From positions 14,753-78,752 of the forward strand of contig SVIW01000002.1 of NCBI GenBank assembly GCA_015069295.1: 64,000 bases of DNA, in the 5' to 3' direction. Every line of letters begins with the position of its first letter. Position 1 is the first letter of the stretch. Under the pieces are notes generated by a model. It saw only the letters and a program-made list of their open reading frames with translations. It did no database searches and was not told the DNA's origin. The stretch is from Clostridiales bacterium (lineage in GTDB: Bacteria; Bacillota; Clostridia; Christensenellales; Borkfalkiaceae). Below, piece by piece: positions 1 through 9,333 of the stretch. Position numbers and translations under genes: made by a program.

Positions 1-1520
1 TGCGCAAACTCGTCCCTATCGACGGTGTGCATAACCGCTCGACGCACCTCGGCAAACTGCGTGGGCGAAAAATCGCAACGGAACGCCAATTTCCCATACC
101 CCGCGCGGTCGTAATGCGTTTCTTTAAAATGCACGTTGTCCACAAGCGCCAACGCCGCTCGCGTTTCCTCGCCGCCCGTTACCGAAGCCAAAACGTCCAC
201 CCTGCCCTTTTTTAATTGGTCAAGCTGAGTTTCGGGGATAATTTTCACGTAAGAAATCCTATCTATCGTCGCCTTTCCGCGGTGGTCGCCTTTGTATCTT
301 GCGTTCCGTTTCAACGTCGCCACCCTCGTTGCCGCGTCGTAGCTTTCCACGATATACGGTCCCGAATAGGGAAAGGACGTCGATCTATAATCGGCTACGT
401 TTTTCGCAATCGTATCCGCCATCACGTAGGCTTGCACCCCGTTTTTCTCCGCCTTTTTATAAAAGTCTTTTTCCATATACACGCCCTGTCCGTCGTCCTT
501 CAACGCGTACCTGCCCCCGTATAACGCCGTCGGCACGGGCGTAAACGCTCCGTAACGCAAGGCGTAATAATATTCGGCGTATTCGGGCTTTACGGTTACG
601 GAAAAGGTGTATTCGTCTTCCATACGCACCCCCGAAAACGGCACGGGCTCGCCTTTGCCTTCGTAGGCGTTAAACGCCTCGTATCCCACGAGGGTCAACC
701 CCGCCGCCTCGCCGCCGCCCGCGTCCCGCATCACCTTGCTGCTGCCCACAACGAGCGGAATAAGATAATTCTCCGCGCGGATAGGACTGCCGTCCGAAAA
801 TACGAGGTCTTCTTGTATCCGCATTGAAAAAGTCTTCGTGCCGTCCTCGTTTTCCTTTTCCTCGTGGTGGCTAAGAATTTCTCCACCCGCCCATTGGTAC
901 AACCCCGCCTCGTTCGTAACGACCGTCGAATATCCGCTGGTCAAAGTCTGTATCGCCAAATCCGCCGATCCGGGCGCAGATTTCCCAAACGAAGCGTTGC
1001 GAAACGCCCCCGAAAGCTCCGTCGCGCTCCCCAAAATCACCGAATTGTTCCCCGAAAGCACTTTCGCTCCGACGATGGCATCGTTGACGCTCCAATACGG
1101 CCCCGTCTTTAGCGAGGAAATTTTGGCGTTGTAAACGTCGTAGTATTGATTCGAATAGAGCGGCACTTCGGGCGCGAGATAATTCCAACGCTGCATAAAC
1201 AGCCGCCACCATTCGTTATAGACCGCCTCTGCGGTTGCAAACCCGCCGACGGGGCGGGTATTATACACCATTGCCATCGACAAAAAGTCCATACCCAGCT
1301 CGTATTCCTTTCCCTCAAAGGTAACGTACGCCAAGCCCTCTTTCTCCGTTACCATATCAATCGTAATCCCCTTGCCGATTTTATCGTATACGCTTTCGTA
1401 GGAATCGCGGGAAACCACGTCTGAAAGCGCGTCCTCCCCGCTGCCGCCACCGCACGCCGTAAAGCCAAGGGCAAGCGTCAGCACTCCGAAACAAATTGTA
1501 ATTCTCGTCCGTTTTTTCAT
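1..1520 (-). CDS. ABC-transporter solute-binding lipoprotein, family 5 (peptide/nickel type); C-terminus lies beyond the left edge
   Basis: My own minus-strand translation from ATG 1520-1518 gives MKKRTRITICFGVLTLALGFTAC-GGGS (signal peptide plus lipobox Cys). The frame stays open to position 1. Later segments (YVKIIPETQLDQLKKGRVDVL, HYDRAGYGKLAFRCD) resemble SBP family 5. It is absent from the ORF track because it has no stop in the window. Confidence 0.7.
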   Translation of the reverse strand, partial: MKKRTRITICFGVLTLALGFTACGGGSGEDALSDVVSRDSYESVYDKIGKGITIDMVTEKEGLAYVTFEGKEYELGMDFLSMAMVYNTRPVGGFATAEAVYNEWWRLFMQRWNYLAPEVPLYSNQYYDVYNAKISSLKTGPYWSVNDAIVGAKVLSGNNSVILGSATELSGAFRNASFGKSAPGSADLAIQTLTSGYSTVVTNEAGLYQWAGGEILSHHEEKENEDGTKTFSMRIQEDLVFSDGSPIRAENYLIPLVVGSSKVMRDAGGGEAAGLTLVGYEAFNAYEGKGEPVPFSGVRMEDEYTFSVTVKPEYAEYYYALRYGAFTPVPTALYGGRYALKDDGQGVYMEKDFYKKAEKNGVQAYVMADTIAKNVADYRSTSFPYSGPYIVESYDAATRVATLKRNARYKGDHRGKATIDRISYVKIIPETQLDQLKKGRVDVLASVTGGEETRAALALVDNVHFKETHYDRAGYGKLAFRCDFSPTQFAEVRRAVMHTVDRDEFA

Positions 1521-1584
1521 ACTACTTATTTTGTTCTACCGCGTTTTTTTTATCCGCAGGTGTAACGGAAAAGATAAAAAATAC

Positions 1585-1614
1585 TTGACGAAGCTAGGCG
1601 GGTAGTGTTATACT
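1585..1614 (+). promoter_or_regulatory. Sigma-A type promoter of metY-metA
   Basis: TTGACG (1585-1590), 18-nt spacer, TATACT (1609-1614), with TG at 1606-1607 (extended -10). It lies about 48 nt upstream of the metY ATG. Confidence 0.5.
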
Positions 1615-1662
1615 TATAAGGAAACGATAAACTATTGTCGCGTACGCGCGAGGAGGCAAACT

Positions 1663-2949
1663 ATGAAAGACGAACGTCGCATTGAAACGAAATGCGTACA
1701 GGGCGGTTACACCCCCGAAAACGGCGAACCCCGCCAAATCCCTATTATACAGAGCACGACCTTTAAATACGCCACCAGCGAGGATATGGGCAAGCTATTC
1801 GATTTGGAAGCGAGCGGGTATTTTTATTCCCGTTTGCAAAACCCGACCTGCGATTACGTCGCGGCGAAAATCTGCGAGCTGGAAGGCGGCAGCGCGGCGA
1901 TGCTGCTCTCTTCGGGACAGGCAGCGAATTTCTACGCCGTTTTTAATATCGCAAACGCGGGCGACCACGTCGTTGCGTCCTCGGCAATCTACGGCGGTAC
2001 GTACAACCTCTTCGCCGTTACGATGAAAAAAATGGGCATCGAGTTTACCTTCCTTCCCCCCGATTGTACGGAAGCGGAATTAAACGCGGCGTTCCGTCCC
2101 AATACCAAAGCGGTATTCGGGGAAACGATTGCCAACCCCGCGCTCTCCGTTTTGGATATTGAAAAATTTGCAAACGCGGCGCACGCGCACGGCGTTCCCC
2201 TTATCGTCGACAACACCTTCGCTACCCCCGTCAACTGCCGACCCTTTGAATTCGGCGCGGATATCGTAACCCATTCGACCACGAAGTATATGGACGGGCA
2301 CGGCGCGGCGGTCGGCGGCTGTATCGTTGATTCGGGCAAATTCGACTGGCTGGCAAACGCGGACAAGTTCCCCGGACTTTGCACCCCCGACGATAGCTAT
2401 CACGGCATTACCTACGCAGAAAAATTCGGGCTTGGCGGGGCGTTTATCACCAAAGCAACGGCGCAGCTTATGCGCGATTTCGGCTCGACTCCCTCGCCCC
2501 AGAGCGCGTTTTATCTCAATCTTGGCTTGGAAAGCCTGCACGTGAGAATGGAGCGCCATTGTCTCAACGGGCAAAAGGTTGCCGAATTTTTGGAAAATCA
2601 CGAAAAAATCTCCTGGGTGAACTATCCTTCGCTGCCCTCGAATCAGTATTACGATTTGGCGAAAAAATATATGCCCAAGGGCACTTGCGGCGTCGTTTCG
2701 TTCGGGGTAAAAGGCGGCAGAACGGCGGCGGAAAAGGTAATGAAGGCTTTGAAACTGATTGCCATCGAAACGCACGTAGCGGACGCGCGGAGCTGCTGTT
2801 TGCACCCCGCAAACGCAACCCACCGCCAGATGAACGAGGAAGAACTGATTGCAGCGGGCGTACCCAGCGATTTGATTCGTCTTTCCTGCGGGCTTGAAAA
2901 TTATCAAGACCTTATCGACGACCTCGCGCAGGCGCTTAACACCATCTAA
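1663..2949 (+). CDS. metY: O-acetylhomoserine sulfhydrylase (PLP-dependent Cys/Met metabolism enzyme)
   Basis: 428-aa ORF with AGGAGG 6 nt upstream. It carries the PLP-lysine motif HSTTKYMDGHG and a YSRLQNPT segment. It sits directly next to metA. Confidence 0.88.
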   Translation: MKDERRIETKCVQGGYTPENGEPRQIPIIQSTTFKYATSEDMGKLFDLEASGYFYSRLQNPTCDYVAAKICELEGGSAAMLLSSGQAANFYAVFNIANAGDHVVASSAIYGGTYNLFAVTMKKMGIEFTFLPPDCTEAELNAAFRPNTKAVFGETIANPALSVLDIEKFANAAHAHGVPLIVDNTFATPVNCRPFEFGADIVTHSTTKYMDGHGAAVGGCIVDSGKFDWLANADKFPGLCTPDDSYHGITYAEKFGLGGAFITKATAQLMRDFGSTPSPQSAFYLNLGLESLHVRMERHCLNGQKVAEFLENHEKISWVNYPSLPSNQYYDLAKKYMPKGTCGVVSFGVKGGRTAAEKVMKALKLIAIETHVADARSCCLHPANATHRQMNEEELIAAGVPSDLIRLSCGLENYQDLIDDLAQALNTI

Positions 2950-2969
2950 AAAAGGATTTTTGATACACT

Positions 2970-3887
2970 ATGCCGATAAAAATTCCCGACAATTTACCCG
3001 CGGTAAAAACGTTAGAGAGCGAGAATATTTTCGTAATGACGGAAAACCGCGCCATTACGCAGGATATCCGCCCGCTGCGGATTTTAATCCTCAATTTAAT
3101 GCCGAAAAAAATCGAAACGGAAACGCAGTTTGCGAGGCTTCTCGGCAACTCGCCCTTGCAGGTGGAAATGGAGCTTATCCATACCAAGTCCCACCAGTCG
3201 AAAAACGTTGCGGAAGAGCACCTGCTTGCCTTTTATAAGACCTTTGACGATATCAAGGCACAAAACTTCGACGGTATGATTATCACGGGCGCGCCCGTAG
3301 AGCATCTGCCCTTTGAAGAGGTCGAATACTGGCAAGAGCTGTGCGAGATTATGGAATGGAGCAAAACCCACGTGCATAGCACTTTCCACGTTTGTTGGGG
3401 CGCGCAGGCGGGGCTGTATTACCATTACGGCATTAAAAAACACGACGTTCCCGAAAAGATGTTCGGCGTGTTCCCGCACGAGGTAGAATATAAAAATTCT
3501 ATTCTGTTTAGGGGCTTTGACGAATTGTTTATGGTGCCGCAATCCCGCCATACCACCGTTCTTCGCGAGGATATTGAAAAAGTGCCCGAACTTAGAATTT
3601 TGGCTTCGGCAAAGGAGACGGGCGTGTACGCCGTTTCCACCAAAGGCGGCAGACAAATTTTCGTTACGGGGCATTCCGAATACGACGCGGACACCTTGAA
3701 AAACGAATATTTGCGGGATTTATCGCAGGGCAAGCCTATCAAAATGCCCGTCAATTATTTTACGGACAACGACCCGACGAAAGCGCCGCTGGTATCGTGG
3801 CGAGCGCACGCGCACCTGCTTTTTTCCAACTGGCTGAACTATTTCGTGTACCAAAGCACCCCGTACGACATTAAAAAAGTACAATAA
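2970..3887 (+). CDS. metA: Homoserine O-acyltransferase (MetA family)
   Basis: 305-aa ORF. The N-terminus [11 protein letters not shown]...ENIFVM and the HVCWGAQA active-site region are hallmark MetA sequence. Confidence 0.92.
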   Translation: MPIKIPDNLPAVKTLESENIFVMTENRAITQDIRPLRILILNLMPKKIETETQFARLLGNSPLQVEMELIHTKSHQSKNVAEEHLLAFYKTFDDIKAQNFDGMIITGAPVEHLPFEEVEYWQELCEIMEWSKTHVHSTFHVCWGAQAGLYYHYGIKKHDVPEKMFGVFPHEVEYKNSILFRGFDELFMVPQSRHTTVLREDIEKVPELRILASAKETGVYAVSTKGGRQIFVTGHSEYDADTLKNEYLRDLSQGKPIKMPVNYFTDNDPTKAPLVSWRAHAHLLFSNWLNYFVYQSTPYDIKKVQ

Positions 3888-3926
3888 CCTCGTACCTGGG
3901 TGGTTGATTTTAAAAAAATTGCATAC

Positions 3927-3959
3927 AAAAACACCGTTGCGGCTTGCAACGGTGTTTTT
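3927..3959. terminator. Bidirectional intrinsic terminator between metA (+) and the 488-aa gene (-)
   Basis: Stem caccgttgc / gcaacggtg with a 5-nt loop, flanked by aaaa on the left and ttttt on the right. Confidence 0.75.
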
Positions 3960-3977
3960 ATACTCGTATTTCGTTTT

Positions 3978-5444
3978 TTATACCTCATTGAAAAAGTAAA
4001 TTCTAGTTTTGTCGGGAGAAGCCGCTCGCACTCTGTATATCTTTCCGTTTGGCGCTTGGAAGGAGACGTACCCCCATTCGCCCGAAATGATATTCATATC
4101 GTAATCGTTATCCCAATAATCCAAGCCTTTCCAACCGCTTGCGTAGCCCGTATCGTTATAGTATACCGCAAACTTAGTAAGATCGCCTTTTTCTTTGATT
4201 TGTTTGCCAACGTATTCTTTCAAATCAAGATACGCGCGCAGCGAATCTCTACTTTGCGCGCTAACTCTGCTATTGCCGCTTGTTTGCCCACTAAGAAATA
4301 AATAGCCGATTGCACCTATCAGCAGTACTCCCGCCGTAAACGGAGCAAACAACACGAAACCAAGATAAATCCGATAATCGGAATCCCCTTCTTTCCTTTT
4401 TAATATCGCATAAACGAGCAAGGAAAGCAATCGGTGCGAAATCAAAAATACGATAGGATATATCAATACGTTTATCCATACGCTACTTTCAAACAGCATA
4501 CCGCTTTCAATCACGTCTATATACGGCAAAATCCCGTCTGCAAGACAAGCAAGCAATATTACGATATAGCCTATAACAAAAAACCAATTTTGCTTTCCGT
4601 TATTTCTTCGATAAAAATACGTCATTAACAACCAAAGAACCACGCCGTAATTTAAAAGCAGCGTTATAAAAGCTCCTAAAACCGGATGATAGCTCACGGA
4701 TAACGCATACGAGGATTCCAGCCCAAATTCGTTTCTTATAAGCACGGATAAGAGCGTATAGAGCAGAAAACACGCTAATACCGCTATATAATGCCCCTTA
4801 GAAAACAGTTTTTCTTTGACTCGCACGGGAAAAACCGCCTTTTTACTGTCGACGGAATCTTTTATTTCCGTTTCTTGCAGCTGCGTATTTTGTTTTTCCT
4901 TCTCGTACGCAGCCAAGCAATTTTCGTAATCCGCTATAAAATCTTTTTTTATTCCTTGGTGATCCAACCCTATATACTCGCTAATAGGCAATTCCGTCGC
5001 CTTTTTCAAGTATTCCAATCCTAACTTCTCGTCTTTCTTCCAATGCGAGTTTCCCAAAAAGAAACCTTTTCCGATATAGTTATACGCATACCCGAAATTC
5101 CTGTTGAGCGATTCATCCAAAAATTCCATCGAAGATTTCATCGTCTCGTTGGCGCCTTCCTGATTTCCATCGGTTTCTTGACGACAAGCTAATAACATTC
5201 CGCATATATGTAAAGCAAAATGTGGAATCCCCGTGCGCATCTCCGATTGATTTTCCACTTCCCTAAGCTTTATAGCACAGCCTTGGATCAGTTGGAAAAA
5301 CTTCAAACTTTCATTATCTTTAAAAATCTTGTTTTCTACATAACAATACTTAAAATAATAAAGAATAGAAGGAATTAAAGCAGTTATACTGTATCTCGAT
5401 AACCTTTCTTTTAAATCTTCAAATTGATTTAACTGCTCACTCAT
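3978..5444 (-). CDS. Hypothetical multi-pass membrane protein: soluble N-domain with a Sel1/TPR-like repeat, about 6 TM helices, and a W/Y/D-rich C-terminal domain
   Basis: 488-aa ORF in an AT-rich islet. The segment AYNYIGKGFFLGNSHWKKDEKLGLEYLKKATEL looks Sel1-like (tentative). Hydrophobic runs span residues about 215-385. The C-terminus contains GWKGLDYWDNDYDMNIISGEWGY. Confidence 0.72.
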   Translation of the reverse strand: MSEQLNQFEDLKERLSRYSITALIPSILYYFKYCYVENKIFKDNESLKFFQLIQGCAIKLREVENQSEMRTGIPHFALHICGMLLACRQETDGNQEGANETMKSSMEFLDESLNRNFGYAYNYIGKGFFLGNSHWKKDEKLGLEYLKKATELPISEYIGLDHQGIKKDFIADYENCLAAYEKEKQNTQLQETEIKDSVDSKKAVFPVRVKEKLFSKGHYIAVLACFLLYTLLSVLIRNEFGLESSYALSVSYHPVLGAFITLLLNYGVVLWLLMTYFYRRNNGKQNWFFVIGYIVILLACLADGILPYIDVIESGMLFESSVWINVLIYPIVFLISHRLLSLLVYAILKRKEGDSDYRIYLGFVLFAPFTAGVLLIGAIGYLFLSGQTSGNSRVSAQSRDSLRAYLDLKEYVGKQIKEKGDLTKFAVYYNDTGYASGWKGLDYWDNDYDMNIISGEWGYVSFQAPNGKIYRVRAASPDKTRIYFFNEV

Positions 5445-5458
5445 TTTTCTTATCCTTT

Positions 5459-5761
5459 TTATTTATCGAAATGTTGTTTCAATTCTTCATCAAGATATCT
5501 ATCGGATATATTCCCCTTGATGGTTACTTGCGTTTTATTTTCTTTTCCGCATTTCTTACAGCACAATACAACCTCTACATCGCTGTAATCTTTACCCATT
5601 GCCGCTTTTACCGTGCGAATTACACGACCTTTTAAAATACAGCTTGAATCGTATTTTTCTTTGCAATGCGGACAATTTTTACTTCTGTTCATAATCGCGC
5701 GGTAAATAAAAAAACAACCAACAGCCGCAGCCAGTACTACAATAGCAATAATAATTCCCAT
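5459..5761 (-). CDS. Small membrane-anchored zinc-ribbon protein (hypothetical)
   Basis: ATG at 5761 has GGAG 9 nt upstream; the track start at 5776 is a TTG. One N-terminal TM helix (GIIIAIVVLAAAVGCFFIY) is followed by CPHC ... CKKC. Its stop lies 14 nt before the start of the next gene. Confidence 0.62.
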   Translation of the reverse strand: MGIIIAIVVLAAAVGCFFIYRAIMNRSKNCPHCKEKYDSSCILKGRVIRTVKAAMGKDYSDVEVVLCCKKCGKENKTQVTIKGNISDRYLDEELKQHFDK

Positions 5762-6000
5762 AATTTTAATCTCCAATTTTTTATTTTTTTCTTGGCTTTA
5801 AATTATCAACTCAATACTTTGTTGCTAAGCAACTTTTTTAAACTCCTGTTTACTTAAAATAATCGAAAAAATATGCCCACGCCTTTCAAATAACGCGTAC
5901 CATACCATTTTCCTTAATTCTTTGTACCGCTTTCATTCGCCCATAATTCCACCTCCACTCAACAAGCATCAGCCGAATAATCTACTGCCATATTAACATT

Positions 6001-6029
6001 ATTATATTATGTGAAAAATAATATGTCAA
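6001..6029 (-). promoter_or_regulatory. Consensus sigma-A promoter driving the minus-strand islet genes
   Basis: On the minus strand: TTGACA (6029-6024), 17 nt, TATAAT (6006-6001). It lies about 230 nt upstream of the 5761 start codon. Confidence 0.55.
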
Positions 6030-6178
6030 GCGGATTTATGTTGTTTTTTGTAAAAAAGTTATTTATTACATAATGCTTCGCTATGTGTCAAATAATTTTA
6101 TTAAGTGTAAGACAGTATCTCGATTATAGATAGGGTGTATAATTTTTATAGGAAGATTTATTGGGGGAAAAAGAAAAA

Positions 6179-6481
6179 ATGACGATAAAAGAAATTATCA
6201 ACCGTATCAGTTTTATACGCGCAAACGCAAATCTCAGCGCAAGAGAATTGAGTTTGATTATAGGAAAAAATCCCGCATATATCACACAGTTGGAAACCAC
6301 CTCCAGTTTTGAACCCAGTTTAAGCACTCTTTTAGATATTTTAACGGTATGCAATGTTTCAATAGAGGAATTTTTTTATCACGATATACAGCAGTATAAA
6401 AATGATAAAAAGCTGCTTGATTTTTTTTCAACGCTCTCGGAAAAACAAAAAGAAGCCATTATTCATTTGTACGATACTTAA
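6179..6481 (+). CDS. XRE-family helix-turn-helix transcriptional regulator
   Basis: LSARELSLIIGKNPAYITQLETTSSFEPSLSTLLDILTVCNVSIEEFF is a typical HTH_3 pattern. ATG at 6179 is preferred over the TTG at 6161. It is divergent from the 6001-6029 promoter. Confidence 0.8.
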   Translation: MTIKEIINRISFIRANANLSARELSLIIGKNPAYITQLETTSSFEPSLSTLLDILTVCNVSIEEFFYHDIQQYKNDKKLLDFFSTLSEKQKEAIIHLYDT

Positions 6482-6511
6482 ACGAATAACGGCTTAAAAT
6501 CATATAATAAC

Positions 6512-6551
6512 ACACCCCGTCGTTGCGCGATTGTAACGACGGGGTGTTTTT
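6512..6551 (+). terminator. Intrinsic terminator after the XRE gene
   Basis: 13-bp perfect stem acaccccgtcgtt / aacgacggggtgt with a 10-nt loop, then tttt. Confidence 0.7.
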
Positions 6552-6552
6552 C

Positions 6553-7248
6553 TTATTTTACTAAATCTTTGATAACTTCGGCGGCAATCAATAAGCCCGC
6601 AACCGAGGGTACGAACGCTACGCTGGCAGGGATTGCTTTACCCGTGTCCTCGTCCACGGCGGACGGCGGCAGGGTTTCCTCTTTCGAATAGACGACCTTT
6701 ACCCCCGCAATCCCGCGTTTTTTTAATTCCCTACGCATCACCCGCGCCAAGGGACAAACGCTGGTTTTTTCAATATCCGCGACCTCGAAAACCATCGGGT
6801 TTAGCTTGTTCCCCGTACCCATGGACGAGATCACGGGGATATTGCTTTCCTTTGCCCGCTCGATAATCGCCAATTTTCCGCTGACGGTATCGATGGCATC
6901 CACCACGTAATCGTATGCAGAAAAATCGATTTCGTCCACCGTTTCGTACAAAACGAACAAATCGTACGTCTTTACGCAAATATCGGGGTTGATATCCTTG
7001 ACCCGCTCCGCCAAAACCTCTGTTTTCTTTCTGCCGACCGTGGAATGGAGCGCGATAATCTGTCGGTTAATATTCGACAAAGAAACCGTATCGTTGTCGA
7101 TAAGGTCGATTGCGCCCACGCCGCTACGCGCGAGCGCCTCGACGGCGTAGCCGCCTACCCCGCCCAAGCCAAAGACCGCCACACGGCTGTTTTTCAGTTT
7201 TTCCACGCCTTGCTCTCCAAGCAACAGCGCCGTCCTTGCAAATTGCAT
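6553..7248 (-). CDS. tcdA: tRNA threonylcarbamoyladenosine dehydratase (ThiF/E1-like fold)
   Basis: 231 aa. It has the GLGGVGG nucleotide-binding loop and DLIDNDTVSLSNINRQ, both typical of TcdA/CsdL. Confidence 0.85.
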   Translation of the reverse strand: MQFARTALLLGEQGVEKLKNSRVAVFGLGGVGGYAVEALARSGVGAIDLIDNDTVSLSNINRQIIALHSTVGRKKTEVLAERVKDINPDICVKTYDLFVLYETVDEIDFSAYDYVVDAIDTVSGKLAIIERAKESNIPVISSMGTGNKLNPMVFEVADIEKTSVCPLARVMRRELKKRGIAGVKVVYSKEETLPPSAVDEDTGKAIPASVAFVPSVAGLLIAAEVIKDLVK

Positions 7249-7250
7249 AG

Positions 7251-8150
7251 TTACTCCTCGCTATAAGGATAAATACCGTATCCCCAGCCCGTTTTTTCGC
7301 CCTTTTTCATCCAATCGACGTACGCGCGCCGAAAGGAAGTGTCCGCAGGCAGCTTTTCTATATCGCCCGTATATTCGCAATCGAAAAGCCGCCAAACCTC
7401 GTTATAATTTTCAAATTCTCCGCTGCCGACAATCGTAAAACGGGAAATAAATGAATATAAATTCGAATCGGGTTTTAAAAGCTGCTTATTTTTCGGAAAC
7501 AAAAGCCACGATTCGCATTGGAAAATAATCCTTTTAAACCCGAACTTTTCCTTGAAAAATGCGCTTGCTCTCGTACACGCCCTATCCACTTCTTGCGGAA
7601 ACAATTTATTCCCCGTACGCGGGATATGGATATTGATAACTTTATCCTCGCCCGTAAGATGAAAAACGTTCTCCTCGAACCGCTTGTCAAAATTTACGAT
7701 TTCAAATTGCAGCAACCCAAAGGTAAACCGCTCAACCTGATAAAACCGAGCAAACCATTCGGGCACGAACGTGCCCCAAACTCCTTTGACAAGCCTACAT
7801 TCGATCGCCTTATATTTTAAATCGAAAAAGTTATCCCGCCAAATATCGCGAGCATACCCTTCCGCAAGATAATACGCCTCGCACACCTTCGAAAGCAGGA
7901 TAAACACCAATAAATAGACGGTATAGGGGGATAACTCCGCTTTTTCTGCCAATTCGCCCGCACGCTTTATCAACGCTTGGAAGTCGATGTATTTGTTCTG
8001 CGCATACGCCTTGATAAGAACTTTAAAATCCTCTCCCGCGTTTGCGTAGAGCTTCTTCAGCCCCGCGGAAAGCGTTTCGGTTGCCTCAGAGGGATATTCG
8101 TATTCGCGTAAAAAGGCTTGCAGGTATACCGCCGCGTCATCGTGCGTCAT
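7251..8150 (-). CDS. Hypothetical protein, possibly an acyltransferase-like (NAT_N/GNAT_C type) domain protein
   Basis: Long ORF with codon usage like its neighbours. I place the start at ATG 8150-8148, which overlaps the upstream stop as TAATG; the track start at 8192 would overlap 43 nt. The functional call rests only on remembered family resemblance. Confidence 0.6.
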   Translation of the reverse strand: MTHDDAAVYLQAFLREYEYPSEATETLSAGLKKLYANAGEDFKVLIKAYAQNKYIDFQALIKRAGELAEKAELSPYTVYLLVFILLSKVCEAYYLAEGYARDIWRDNFFDLKYKAIECRLVKGVWGTFVPEWFARFYQVERFTFGLLQFEIVNFDKRFEENVFHLTGEDKVINIHIPRTGNKLFPQEVDRACTRASAFFKEKFGFKRIIFQCESWLLFPKNKQLLKPDSNLYSFISRFTIVGSGEFENYNEVWRLFDCEYTGDIEKLPADTSFRRAYVDWMKKGEKTGWGYGIYPYSEE

Positions 8151-9325
8151 TATTTCCACGCGTCGGGAAGATCGCGATACCGCTTGAACCATTCCGTATC
8201 CTTAAAAAGAGTATCGTTATTCGAACAAAGCACGCTGTTTTGTCCGTCTTTGAGTATAACGGCGATATTGCCGTTCATCGATTGATAGCCCGCTTTGCTG
8301 GCTGCCACCAAGCTCGTTACGTACACCCTATCAGTATACGGCGCAATTCTGTCCACAAACGCCTGCGTGGGGAACATATTGTCCACGTTTTCCGTGTATT
8401 CGTCGCTGCCGCAGCAACAGCACACGCAGACGATTTCGGGCTGGATTTTTTCCAGCAGAGCCGCCGTGTTCGACGTGCCGCTGCCGTGATGCCCGCCCTT
8501 AAAGAGCACGCAGTTTGGCAAATCGTTGTATTTTACCAGCGATTCTTCCCCGTCCTTTTCCAAATCGCCCGTGAAAAGATAGTTATTTTCCCCCGCCGTC
8601 AGCAGCATACAGACCGAATAATCGTTTTCGTCGCTCGTTTCCTTTTCGTAAAATTCTTGATACAAAAAGTTCATCGTTACGCCGTCCGCCAAGGTATAAC
8701 TGCGCTTAGCGCCGTTTTCGTTATTCCAACACTCTAAAACGGTGTAATGGGTCGCGCCTTCCGCAACCTCCGCATCGCGAAGCGCTTCGTAATCCTCACG
8801 GATTGCCGCCGTCGAATTGGACAAGGCGTAATCGATAATCGTTTCACAACGGAAACTTTCGAAAATCCCGTCCGCTTTCGTCGTACCGACAAAGCCTGCG
8901 ATATGGTCTTGGTGGGCGTGGGTAGCAACGACGTATTCTAACACGCCGTCCGTGCAAAATTGACGGATATACGGCACAATCGTCGCCGCCGAGCCCTTAC
9001 GCGAGCCCGCGTCGATAAGTACTTCCGTATCCCCGACCTTAATCAACGTGCAATCGCCCGTGTATTTATTGCCGAGTTCTAAAAAATGAATACTCATATC
9101 CCCCGCTGCAATCGTTTGGACTTCCTCTTGGGTAAACGGGCTTTCCGTGGGTCCGTCCCCGATCGGCTCGTAGGGCGACGAGCTGTTAGAAGAACTGCTT
9201 ACTTCCTCTTCGCCCCCGAAAATCCCGTTGAGAATTTCCTCAAAATCACAAGCCGGCAGAGCCGCCAAGGAAAAGCTCATAACGCCCGCCAACAGCAGGC
9301 ATTTTAAGGTTTTAAAAAATTTCAT
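8150..9325 (-). CDS. Secreted MBL-fold metallo-hydrolase lipoprotein (ComEC C-terminal-domain-like)
   Basis: Signal peptide plus lipobox (SFSLAALPAC). HAHQDH metal-binding motif (VVATHAHQDHIAGF). GDCTLIKVGDTEVLIDAGS is typical of this fold. Confidence 0.85.
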   Translation of the reverse strand: MKFFKTLKCLLLAGVMSFSLAALPACDFEEILNGIFGGEEEVSSSSNSSSPYEPIGDGPTESPFTQEEVQTIAAGDMSIHFLELGNKYTGDCTLIKVGDTEVLIDAGSRKGSAATIVPYIRQFCTDGVLEYVVATHAHQDHIAGFVGTTKADGIFESFRCETIIDYALSNSTAAIREDYEALRDAEVAEGATHYTVLECWNNENGAKRSYTLADGVTMNFLYQEFYEKETSDENDYSVCMLLTAGENNYLFTGDLEKDGEESLVKYNDLPNCVLFKGGHHGSGTSNTAALLEKIQPEIVCVCCCCGSDEYTENVDNMFPTQAFVDRIAPYTDRVYVTSLVAASKAGYQSMNGNIAVILKDGQNSVLCSNNDTLFKDTEWFKRYRDLPDAWK

Positions 9326-9333
9326 AGCACTCC

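Noticed and set aside
1521-1662. SAM (S-box) riboswitch upstream of metY
   Set aside because: The region is too short once the promoter is placed, and it lacks the conserved S-box helices.
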